DNA of 64,000 bases from Eledone cirrhosa. Taxonomy: Eukaryota. Positions 1 through 11,945 of the stretch are shown piece by piece (within the stretch, counting starts at the first letter, position 1; every line of letters begins with the position of its first letter). The notes beneath the pieces were generated by a model, which was given only the letters and a program-made list of their open reading frames with translations, ran no database searches and was not told where the DNA came from. Location: NCBI GenBank assembly GCA_964016885.1, contig OZ024743.1, forward strand, positions 106,826,001-106,890,000, written 5' to 3'. The position numbers were made by a program, and so were the translations under genes.

Positions 1-2280
1 CTGGAGGTCTGGACCGAACCAGACCCCGAGCAATTTCAGCGGTCCGTCCGTCCAGCGCCCAACGACGCTGTCGGGGGTCATTGGTTTGCTGGTTTGCCTC
101 TCCAAGTACCGAGTTGCAAACCGAGAGACTTGTACAGGTGTAGTTTTGCTACCGTCAGCGTTTCTTATTCTTTGAGTAAGTTGCCGATCACCCCGATTTC
201 CAAGGTGCTTCACACCATTACCGTCACGTCGTCGGCATAAGCCGACACCGCTTTGCGCAGTCCCGGTTCTAGAGGGATGCCCTGCAACAGCTCCAATTTC
301 AGCAGTATTGGCTCTTGAGTCAATACATACAGAATGGAGGAGAGAGGGCATCCCTGCGAATGGAACGCGTGATTGCGAACGACTCCGATAGGTGGCCGTT
401 CACCTTGACCCCCGAGCAGATGCTGGTGTGCATCGCCTCGATCCAGCCTCTGAAAACGGGACTGAAACAGGCCGCCTTGAGAACCGCTTCCAAGTATCGA
501 TGGTCGACCCTATCGAATGCTTTAGACTGATCCAAATTGATCAGAACCCCACCGAAGCAGTGTTTACTAACCACCCTCTAGATGATGTTTCGCATGAGGT
601 GGAAGTTGTCGTGTATGGACCTGGTTGGGATTGCACACGTTTGCGCTTTCCCTACCAGGTTCTCGACGACATGCGCCAACCTCGTCACTAGCATCTTGGC
701 CAAAATCTTTAACTCTGTGTTGATCAGAGTTATGGGCCTGAAGTTGTTAATTTCGTCCCCTTCGTTCTCGTCTTTCCTGATCAGCGTTACTACGTCCTTG
801 CCTGCATAAATGGGAATTCTCCCGTACTGCTACTAATTACTACTGCAATAGACGGCTTCGAGGTCGCCAGAGAACAAGTCCGGCATGCCTATGTAAAACT
901 CATAGGGTAGACCATCTAGACCGGGTGACTTGCGTTTCTCGTAGTGGCCCAGAGCGTCCCGTATCTCAGTGTGCGTGATCGGTCTTTCGCAGAAATCGGC
1001 GTCCGTGTTCGAGAGTCGCGGTAGGCCGTCGAGGTATGAACTAAAGTCCATTGCCCCGTTCGGCTCACCGTCGTTCTGCTCAAACAGTCATGCATAGTGT
1101 TGCTGAAAGGCCGCGCACATTTGCTTTGGGTAAAGTAGCACACGTCGTTTCGGTTTTTCAAAGACCGAATCGTGGACTTGTTGCCACTTTTTGCCTCCGC
1201 CACTCGGGCCCAATTGACAGCTTTCGCTCCTTCGTTTCCTAGAGCATGTATTTTTCTTCTGACCACGCAGCCGTCGTGTTTCCCGTCGAAGAACTGGTCC
1301 AGTGCCGTTCTCAACGCTAACACTCTAGCCGCGTTGCCACTTCTAATTGCCTCCTCTACCTTGGCTACTAGTTATCTTTCTATTTTGTTTTTCTCTAAGG
1401 CTAACTCTCTGCTAAACGCTATCGATTATACTCTAATTGCTTTTTTGAGAGAGTACCACCATCTATTGTTGACGATGGTTCACGTTAACTCTTGCTTGAC
1501 TAGTCTACTTATCCATTCACTGTAAGCTTTACGTGCCGGCAACGACACGTTCAGCTTCCAGTATCCGGGTCCCTGTCTATGTGTTCTATCACGGTTGACT
1601 ATGCAGACGACTAGTTTGTGATCTGAATAGGCAACCATGTCCATTCGTGGACAGCTTAACATCTCCTTGTCCCTTTCTCTAATGGAGAACCTATCTAGAT
1701 ACGATCTAGATGTCCCGCTGCGGTTTGCCCACGTCCACTGTGCTGCAGTCGGGAAATCCAGTTGGAATTGGCCGATTAAAGTTTTGAGGCTGTTGCACCC
1801 TCCTCTACTGGGACATGATCCTACATAGTCCCATCGTGCATCTAGAATACCATTCCAGTCCTCCACTAAAAGCAAGGAGCGAGACGTTCCCAGAAAATAC
1901 TCTAGAAGCTTGAAGATGTCTGGCCGCGATTGCCCTGTGGGGGCATAAACGGCCACCAGTCTCAAGGCTCCACCTCCAAGACTGTTCATGTCTAGGACTA
2001 CCAGTCGACCCTCCAGGTCCAAATGTACTTGCTGTATTTCAATGTCCAGGTTTTTCCGAAACATGACAGCTACTCCTCCTCCACTTCCTGGCTGACAGAG
2101 AGATGCGTAGATCCCAAAGTCGTCGAAGATGGGCGTCAGCTGCTGCCTGTTATGGATCCTGGACTCGGTGATGGCTAGCACATCTATACCCTGTGACCTC
2201 AGGTCGTTTAAGAGTTTGCCCTGTTTCCAGGGCATCCCTAGGCCATGCACATTCACACTTCCAACTCGTAAATCAGCCAT
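1..2280 (-). pseudogene. LINE ORF2 (apurinic endonuclease + reverse transcriptase), frameshifted
   Basis: Starts MADLRVGSVNV at 2280 and continues through ORF fragments 1480-2307, 916-1323, 833-1051 and 320-574. Confidence 0.85.
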
Positions 2281-4404
2281 GCTGGTGTAGAAGAGTTGGC
2301 AAAACAAGGACGAAAGGATGCACTTACCTTTCCGTTTTCTGGAGATCGGGTTGTTCGATCTCCATTTCAGTTTTGGTTGGGTTGTTGAGTGGGGTGGGGG
2401 AACATTTCAACAGGGACGGTTTATGGGTTTTTGGTATGGGTTGCCAACGTCCCGTGACAATTGGTTCTTTAGTTTTTGGTAGGTTTCTACCGGAACCCTT
2501 ATTAGTCTGAAGTGTGGTGCAGTGTCAGATTTTACAAATGTTTTCCCCTGTTTCCACTTTAAGTTCCTGGGAGATGTTCCCCACTAATTTTTTATTGTTG
2601 GTGTTGATGTATGTATATTATTGTTTTTGTTTTGAATTGTGGTTTTAGTTTGTTGTTCGTCTGTGAGTTTTCTTGTTTGTGTTTTGGGTGGTGTTGGTGT
2701 TTGTTATGTTGGTAGGGAGGAGGTTTGGTTATGGTGTTGTTTGGGTTGTCGTTTGTGTCTGTGGTCGTGTGTTAGTGCTGGTGATTGGAATTTTGGGGGT
2801 TTTGTGGCGTCTCATTTTTTTGTTTTTTATATGTTCGAGCCTCTTCTTCTTCTTCTTCACTTAAAGGAGAAGCAGCCTCACCCGTCGATGAATGATCATC
2901 GTCAGGAGTGTTGGGTAGGAGAATGTTGTGTGGTGATGGTGTTTCGGTGTGTTCGTTTGTGGTAATGTTTGACGGAGTGGGATAGGGTGTGGTTGTGTTC
3001 AGCAGAGGTGTTGTCTGTGTTTTTTTTCTACTGTTGTTGGTTGAGTGTCTGTTTGTTTTGGTGTGTTTGCTCGTTTCGTCTGTTGTTGTACTTGTGGTGG
3101 TGCTTGTTTTGGTGTTGGGAATAGTGTTTTTATTTAATGATGTTGTTGTGGTGTATTTGTGAAGGACAGGAGGCCTTTAGGTGTGCTGTGCAATGAGGTT
3201 TACGCCCCTCCACCGAAATGTCTCTCTTGTTGTTGTCGTCGATGACCACTTTTTCGGGTATTTTTGAGATTCTCTCCGGCCTCATCTGCATCAGAATCTC
3301 CAAATCAGTACCTGCCCACCATTGTCTAATAGACTTCCGTACCGAAAGAATAGCATCAGTCTCTGGCTCCCCGAAGCCAGCCAAGATCCACCAGATGTTA
3401 ATGTTTGGTGGTATATTTTTTATTTTAATTTTTTGTGTCCTTTTTCCCATGTACGTAGGGAAAAGGTTGAATGCTTTTGACACTATTGGTGTCACAGAAT
3501 GTTTTGGGGCGAGTGCCTCGCTTTTAAACAGTACGGAAATACTTCCGTGCTGTCTTCTTCTTTGAAGAAAATCAATATTTTCTAGTGTCTCCTTCAAGGT
3601 GGCTTCTATGTCTCCTGACTCACAAATACTGGCTTTCTCGTTGTGTTTCAGACAGCCCTTAAGGTCACTGCTCTTCGAACCGTCTCTTTTATTTCGAGGG
3701 GTGAGTTGAATCTAAACCCACCTTTGTCTTCGAAAGTTACAACTTTTCTCCCTTGCTGGAGCATATCCGTTGTATTAGAGATGTCAAGATTTATAAAATC
3801 TTGTTTCTTGTTTACTGTTTCAGCGAAATACATTTTTTAGTGGTGTTGCTGTTGTTGTTGTTGTCATTGTCAGCCTCGGTGTTAGAAATCGCAATTTCTT
3901 GACGAGGGGAAACTTTATCTATACATGTATCCGTGGAGTTGTTGTTGCTGGCTTTTTCATGTGTGTGTATATGAATAGGTTTAATTTCTGTGTTTTCTGT
4001 ATTTTTCTGTGTATATTGTGTTACCTTTCTCCGCTTCGACGGTACAAGTTTTAAAATGTTCAAGTGGCAATATTTTTTCATTGTTGACAGTCATCCATGA
4101 CGACGTCCATAGTGGCAGAAGCAGATATAACGTTAATATCTGCCTTTCTACCTTTCTTCTCTATGTTAATATTCTTTGGCGTTCTTTCCGAGTCACTCAA
4201 TTTTTATAATCGGCAAAATTTGATTTTTTTTTACAATTTTTAAATAAAATTTTCGCCCATTTAGGGGCGAAAAATGGGATTACCACCCAGCTGACAATTC
4301 AGCTTGGAGGTTAATCTACAAAATGATATGTTTTTTCAAACAATTAGTTCAGTTTTTTGTATAGAAATTTACAAAAAAGCTTACCAGCGATGTTCAACGC
4401 GTCA
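1..4404 (-). mobile_element. L1/Tx1-like non-LTR retrotransposon (ORF1 + APE-RT ORF2), disrupted, runs off left edge
   Basis: APE endonuclease (SVNVHGL, AITES, VYAP, SYLDRF, SDHK) in ORF 1480-2307. RT motifs KSPGLDGLPYEFY, NFRPITL, LDQSKAFDRVDH and VSAYADDVTV (~225-250). Upstream ORF1 remnants 3130-4080 with a partial zinc knuckle (KPHC..HLKASCP). Multiple frameshifts and stops. Confidence 0.9.
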
Positions 4405-5443
4405 GATAGATAGATAGATAGATAAGCTCGGCAAAATCACACTTTCAAAGAATCTGGTACCTATTGTTTCCGAAGCGAGCGTCTGAACCATTTAGTAACA
4501 GAGATAGAGAGATAAATAGATACATAGATAGAGAGGGGGAGTGAGTGAGAGAGAAAGAGAGAGAGAGAGAAAGAAAGAAGGAGAGAGGGAGTGAGAGAGA
4601 GATTTGCATAGAGACAGAAGCATTTTAGGTTTGAAAAGAATGATGTATGTATAGGAGAAGGAGAGTCAGAGAATTTTAAAGAATGATGACGATGCCTGAT
4701 AGATAACATGTGTGTACGTGTAAGGGTGTGATATCCATTGCGTATTTGTGTACATATGTGATAGTGATTGTATTTTTGTGTGTTGCCTCGGTTTGGCGTG
4801 ATTGTGTTTCAGCCTATGTCTATGTATGTGTGTGCATGTTCCTTTGACGTATATGGATGTGGTAGTGTTTGAGCTTCCGTATACTTATGTATATGTGTGT
4901 GTGTAAGTTTTATTGTGTTTGAGTCTGTATATACATGTGTGTATATGCGTGTGCAATTGTGCGCACGCGTTCTATTTTCTGTGTGTGTTTTCAAGTGTGT
5001 ATAAGAACGTGAGATCTATGGAATGAGATATGTAAAGTTAAGAGAAAGAAAGAGAAAGAGAAAGGGTGTGTTGTTACTAAAACATAGAGCGTCGGAAAGA
5101 GAAAACAAGAGATGAGAGAGATATAAAGAAAACTCTGCTAAACCTGAAAGTAGAGTATGGAGATTAAATTGACAGATTCACGGTAAATTGGTGAGGAAGC
5201 ATATATAAAGAATATAAGTGCGGGAAGAGAATAGAGGCAAAAAAACGAAATTGCACTATGAAAGGGTGTATGTGTTAAATAATGATCAATAATAAAACGG
5301 AAGAAAGAGAGTGTATAAGAAATTATAAATAATAATAATAATAATAATAATAATAAACTCTGAATTAACGAGGTGAACAAGGAAACAAGAATGATGAATA
5401 TGTAGGAAGAGGAGCGATAATCACTGATAAACCATACATAATC

Positions 5444-5765
<322 letters not shown>

Positions 5766-7603
5766 TCATACGCGCAAAAAACTGCAAGTCATTTTTCTCA
5801 GTACAACACAAATCCAACTAGTTTACTGAAAAGTGAAATGACCCAATGCAAAAAAGACCTTGGTGAGGCATACACAACTGCTCTTGCAGAGTATGTAGAA
5901 GGAAAACTAAAGAAACTTAAGACCCTTCATATAAACAATCAACGTGCAGCCCCATGGGCGTTAATCAACGAAATAACTGGCAGAAAAGAAAATCCTTCAC
6001 CCATCATCAAACGAGGCTCTCAAGAAGCTAGGAAAAAGAGGTGGACTGACCAATTCAAGGGTCTACTGGACGAACCATCCCCTGTAGAAGGCGATCTCCC
6101 AAAGTCTGTGGTATCAACTGAACTCAATATCTCCACTGAACTTTTCACCTTGAGTGAGTTCAACCAGGTGATCAAAACACTTAAAAACAAAAAATAATCA
6201 CCTGGTTTTGACAACATACCCCATACAATTTGGAAAGAGCCAAACCTTACTTCAGTCCTATTATCAATTTGCAGCGACACATTAAGCAACACAATTCCTC
6301 CAACAAGTTGTCTAAAAGCAGGCATAGTTCCTGTCCCCCAACAAAGGGTCCTCACATCCTCCCCAAACTACCGAGGAATATCACTTATGCCCATTGCTGC
6401 CAATATCTACAAGCTAATCCTCGACCGTATAGTTCCGCATGTTGCTCAAATCCTTCACATGAACCAAAACGGTTTTAGGCGTGGTAGATCTACACTTGTA
6501 CAGATTTTGGCCTTAAGAAGAGTACTGGAACAGATGAGAAACTCCAACAGACAGATGGCTCTGCTTTTTGTTGCCTTTATAGAAGCTTTTGATTGCATAC
6601 ACAGAGACATTCTGTTTGAAATTCTACCCTTGTATGGCATACCAGCAAGACTTGTTGAAGCAATTAAGGCTCTGTATCTCAACACAAGTGCTACTATCAT
6701 CACCCCTGATGACACAACAGAGTTCTTTGACATCTAAGCAGGTGTGCTATAGGGTGACATGCTTACCCCATTCATCTTCATCATTGCACTAGAATATGCC
6801 CTGAGACACACAATTGACAAAGTCAATAACAAAGTTATAACCATCACACCCGGCACGAGCTCTAGGCACCCCTCTAAACATCTCACTGACCTTGTCATTG
6901 CGGATGACATTGCACTTCTTGCAGATTGCCTAGAAAATGCGCAACAACTTTTGACATCCCTCCAGGAAGCTGCCGCCGTCGTTGGCCTTCATCTCAACGA
7001 GAATAAAACAGAGTACATATCAAACTGTAAAGGCAATAGCATCAAAGCAATCAACGGCATTGATCAAGCAAGTCGAGGATTTCAAGTATCTTGGATCCTG
7101 GTTCATGGACTCTGAGAAGGAGTTCGCTACCAGAAAGGCCCAAGCATGGTCAACTTGCAACAAGATGGATAGAGTTTGGCGCTCATATCATTCCAACAAC
7201 ACCATAATCAGACTCCTCCAAGTAACAATTCAACCAATCTTGCTATATGGAAGTGAACATGGACACTTCCCTCCAAACTACAAAAGCACCTTGATAGCAC
7301 CTACAGTCGCCTGCTTCGGCGCATTCAGAACGTAAGCTGGCGGCATCTGACTTTGAGAGAGATATATGCCATGCTCCCACGCATATCTGTCGTGCTATGG
7401 TGCCAGCCATGAGGCTTTGTCCCCATTAGTGCTTTGGAAACCAGAAGCAGTCACTAATAACAGGGGGCGCAGGCCTCCTACCCCGATGTCAGCTCCAGAG
7501 ATTCTGGTATTGAAATCCAGGACTTTGCGACGGCAATGAACGTCAAACCCACGTGGAGATCAATTGCTGAGTCCATTTCGGCTGAGGCCGCCGGATGATG
7601 ATA
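5766..7603 (+). mobile_element. RTE-clade LINE, 5'-truncated, degenerate
   Basis: RT fragments NYRGISL, NQNGFRRGRST, F..AFDCIHR, TDLVIADDIALL, FKYLGS and ILLYGSE. In-frame stops are present. Ends in a (GAT)n tail at ~7594-7602. Confidence 0.85.
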
Positions 7604-7960
7604 GGGCCGCCAACCAGACTGGAAACTGGTAAAGGTTTGGCCGCCCTCTCGTATCTCGGCCTTTTCAGCCCCATGGATTGTGTCTATTATATTCCTTTGT
7701 TAAATTTCGAATACCTGACGATGTCACCGGATTCATAGTGAACCCGGTCATTGAAATGTTCATAGTATAAAAAACCTTTAAGGATTTACACAAGTCCAGC
7801 CTCCTGTTATTTTCTAATAATTAACTCCGTACTCGCACCACCAATAATACAAACGAAGACGGGTAAGTTGCAACCGTCGAGTGCTTTCCATAATATTACA
7901 TCAAGGTTGACTATACTGAATGACCAGTTCTATCCAATGGTGAACCAACAAACCTAAATG
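7604..7960 (+). mobile_element. Penelope-type pseudo-LTR (solo) with hammerhead
   Basis: Contains the HHR at 7711-7768 and ends in TA-rich sequence. Shares AACCGTCGAG (7871-7880) with the pLTR tail at 63462-63471. Confidence 0.6.
7711..7768 (+). ncRNA. Type I hammerhead ribozyme
   Basis: Stem I ATAC/GTAT; core CTGACGA; stem II built on ACCGG/CCGGT; GAAA; stem III ATG-TT-CAT; predicted AUA cleavage after 7764. Confidence 0.7.
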
Positions 7961-8410
7961 TATATATCTCTCTATATATGAGTCCGGTGTTCAATCGGGG
8001 ATAGCCCCACATAGAGTAAGGTATTCAATACATTAGTAGAGTGTAAAGGTGAAGTTCAATGTAGGATTGGATTCTACAGGACGAGAAATGTTTCATTCAA
8101 AATTAATCATCGGGAAAGCCGGCTGCCTTTGTAAAACAGTTGTATTTACATATTTTCTGGAGGATGTAAATGCTGGTTACACTGCTTGTCCCTTGTCTGG
8201 TGAGAAACGTCGAAACCCAAAAGCAAAACAAACAAGGGTGGAGACACTTTTCAGAGACAAGGGCCATCTATCTCACCTATGGTTAAAATAGGTTTACAAA
8301 CCCGCAATCGACCAAGAGGTGAACTTCATCAGAGAGGATTGAGAAGGATATGGATTGAATACACACCCACGCACGCACATGCACACATACACACACATAC
8401 ACACGCACAC

Positions 8411-8503
<93 letters not shown>

Positions 8504-8506
<3 letters not shown>

Positions 8507-9533
8507 TAGCAGAGGTACCCGGTGTTGTTCGGGTATTAAATAGCAGTTATATGTATACCATTTATTTCAATACTTCAGTTCTGCTTCGAAAACTATACTT
8601 TTACAAAATCATCGGCTTTTTCCAAAAGGAGGTTTCCTGAGCCCAGGGGACCCCTACTCTATTCTGAGAGTTCACATTCATCTGTAGAACAAACGTAGCC
8701 CATTTGTCGAGTTTTGTGAAAATCGGTTGCGAACTCCTGAAGTTTTGTTTCATTGCACTGCAATGCCTCAGTCGACTCCAAGGAAGTGGTTAAAGGGGAT
8801 TATTTTCCGGGAGGCCCTATAATCAATATCTGGAAAAATTAAAGTGCCCATGAGCATCCGGAGTACATAAGTAACCTATGTCTTAAGTTTGGTGAAAATA
8901 CTGTAGAAATGTACAAGGTTTACACACACACGTGCGCACGCGCGTGTGTGTATGCGTGTGTGTGTTTGTGTGTGAGGGTGTGTGTGTGAGTGTGGGTCGG
9001 TGTGTTTGTGTGTGCGTATGTATATGTATGTGTATGTCTGTCGGCGCATACTTATGTACTGGCCTAATTCTTCACTATTTACTTTTACTATTTTAAGGCA
9101 AAGTTAAAATCCTGTCGAGGTTAACTTTTCCTTTCATCCTTACGGGGTCAATAAAATAAAGTACCAATAATGTACTGGGTAATTGCTGGCCTTGTGCCAA
9201 AAGTAGAAACAACTATTTTAATAAACTCTGTCATTTTCGTTTTCTATTTTATTTATATCATTCTTACACTCCGGGGCTGGAAATCATTCGGTTATTTTTA
9301 ATAGAATATTAGTCTAACGACTCCATTTATACCAGAAACTTGGCCTAGTCTTAGCATGAAATTGTTCTTCTCGGTACACATAACGACGTATTATCCTCGC
9401 TTAATAGATTTAACTCTTACTGGAACGCTGCACGAACACACACACAGACGCGCACGCACACACACACACGCACACATGTTAATTAGTTATAGCATTATTT
9501 CCTCTCTTCCACTGTCATGTATCAAACACAGCG

Positions 9534-9587
<54 letters not shown>

Positions 9588-9595
9588 TCTCTCTC

Positions 9596-9626
<31 letters not shown>

Positions 9627-9882
9627 CGCTCTCTCTCCCGCTATCCCCCTCTTTTAGTCTGTCTGTTTCTTTCACTCTCACTCTTTCTTTTTCATTTTTA
9701 TAGATATAGAGATTCTTTCTGTGCAAAGTCGAACCTATAGTCAGTTTTATAGATTTGTTTACCTGGTTAAAGGGGGAGTCAATCATTTGCAATGTCATGC
9801 CGACCTGCCCAGTTAAGTTTGTGGTTGATTACAAAAAGAATTTTGAAAATCGGCCTTGCGGATCAAAAGTTGCTACGGAACA

Positions 9883-9932
<50 letters not shown>

Positions 9933-9957
9933 CATTTTCATTTTTATAGATATAGAT
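8504..9957 (+). mobile_element. Probable non-autonomous Helentron-associated (DINE-1/HINE-like) element with nested repeats
   Basis: 5' TACTAGC..ACCCGG-tgttgt-TCGGGT hairpin; repeated AAGTTTGGTGAAAAT/GAAAATCGG cores; 3' ACAGAC(AC)n..TTTTATAGATATAGAT. Recognised by pattern only. Confidence 0.5.
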
Positions 9958-10878
9958 ATTCCTGTGAGGGCGGTGGAAATAGAATTATCAAGCACGTGTT
10001 CCAGCGGATCCTCTCAGAAGCAACCGTTTCCAAATGATCTAGCTGGATCCCCAAACGAGACCAACCAACATCATAAATGCTATCGAGCCTTATTGCTTTT
10101 AGTCCACTCCTGGTTCTCCTGCCGGTTGATTTTGCCAGTAAAATTCTTTTACTTAATTCAATTTCCTGCCTGTCATCAATCCTGAACAAACGATTATCCC
10201 CGCTTTTTCAGTAGAAATCCATTCAGATACAGAGTGTAATAGGCATATTTCGCTGCAATCTTACACCCAACATTCTTCATACCGTGTCTAAGTCGGCTTC
10301 GCATGTCAATCTTTTAGTGGCTACCAGAAGCGACTCTTGAATTCATCAGATATTTTGTAGATAGCTAACGTGATTAAGGTAAGCTGTAAGATGTGATATA
10401 TACATGAATACGCATACAGCCGCACACATATAAACCATTATTAAACTTTTAGTGAACATAGACATGGATTTTCGAGCACACAGTTGCAGATATTAATTTA
10501 CACTCCAGCTTTTATTCATATTATACTTACAGACCCTACTAACGAAGTTAAACACTTCAAAGGCAAGGTTATACGTTATATTGCTGCGTTTCAGATGACA
10601 TCATTTGGAGCTACAAAAGATCATTGTGACTATGGTTATTTCACAACATTTAAAATCCAATACCAATGCTAACATTTAATCGGTAGTTCCTCCCCCAGCC
10701 TAATATGGATGTTTTATTATTGTTATCTTATATTTCTCTTACACACACTCACACACCCACACGTTCGGTCAAACCTCATACCAGACAACACCTCCAATAC
10801 AGTCGTTTTCTCTTTTATTCGTCTTCTCTAAATTATTCTCCCCCTCGGGCTAAGCCGCGTACCTCAGCTAGTTTATAT

Positions 10879-11760
10879 ATAAACGGAAAAAATGAAACGA
10901 AATAAGTACTTATATTTAAGTAACAGCCGTACTAAGAGTGGGAAATGAAATTTCGTTTCATTTTTTCCGTTTATCGTTTTCGGTGCACCCCGCCGATTAA
11001 CTCACTCGATATGCAAATTGGGCTACTCGGCCGTTAACATGCATAAGGTAAGTATATACGTTCAACAATCTAGCAGGAAGGTATACGTTGCTGACGATAG
11101 CTAATAAGGTTGAAACTAGTACAGCGTTCCTTTGTCAGTGTTGAACAAACGAGCAACGATGGTTGCTGGACACTACGGCTTAATACGGGATGTTTGTTTA
11201 CAAACACACCGAGCATTATAATAAATGTTCGGTGAATGCATACGTACATATATATATGTGTGCATGTATGTATATATATATATACATACTACTGTACGTC
11301 TGTATACATATATGTATGTACGTGTACATACTTATATTTAAGTAACAGCCGTACTAAGAGTGGGAAATGAAATTTCGTTTCATTTTTTCCGTTTATCGTT
11401 CTCGGTGCACCCGGCCGATTAACCCACTCGATATGCAAATTGGGCTACTCAGCCGTTAACATGCATAAGGTAAGTATATACGTTCAACAATCTGGCAGGA
11501 AGGTATACGCTGCTGACGATAGCTAATAAGCTTGAAACTAGTACAGCGTTCCTTTGTCAGTGTTGAACAAACGAGCAACGATGGTTGCTGTACACTACGG
11601 CTTAATACGGGATGTTTGTTTACAAACACACCGAGCATTATAATAAATGTTCGGTGAATCCATACGTACATATATATATGTGTGCATGTATGTATATAGA
11701 TATATACATACTACTGTACGTCTGTATACATATATGTATGTACGTGTACATACTTATATA
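10879..11760 (+). mobile_element. Retrozyme-like tandem repeat, 2 x 422 bp, each unit with a hammerhead
   Basis: Units start at 10907 and 11329. HHRs at 11085-11127 and 11507-11549. A short inverted piece at 10879-10902 mirrors 10950-10975. Confidence 0.8.
11507..11549 (+). ncRNA. Type I hammerhead ribozyme (second copy; first at 11085-11127)
   Basis: ACGCTG CTGACGA T-AGC-taataa-GCT-T GAAA CTAG TA CAGCGT: 6-bp stem I, palindromic stem III, GUA site. Confidence 0.9.
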
Positions 11761-11863
11761 TATGTACTTGTGTGTGTGTGTATAGGAAAAAGTATTACCG
11801 CATCTACTACCCTAAGTATTGAGTGCGTTATGGTCCATCTGGTTCCTTACCACAATTCCTTCG

Positions 11864-11941
<78 letters not shown>

Positions 11942-11945
<4 letters not shown>

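Noticed and set aside
7980-8350. HHR-like fragments (CCGATGA..GAAAC on minus; CTGGTGA-GAAACGTC on plus)
   Set aside because: The stems are incomplete or missing. This is probably a decayed pLTR and cannot be called as a ribozyme.
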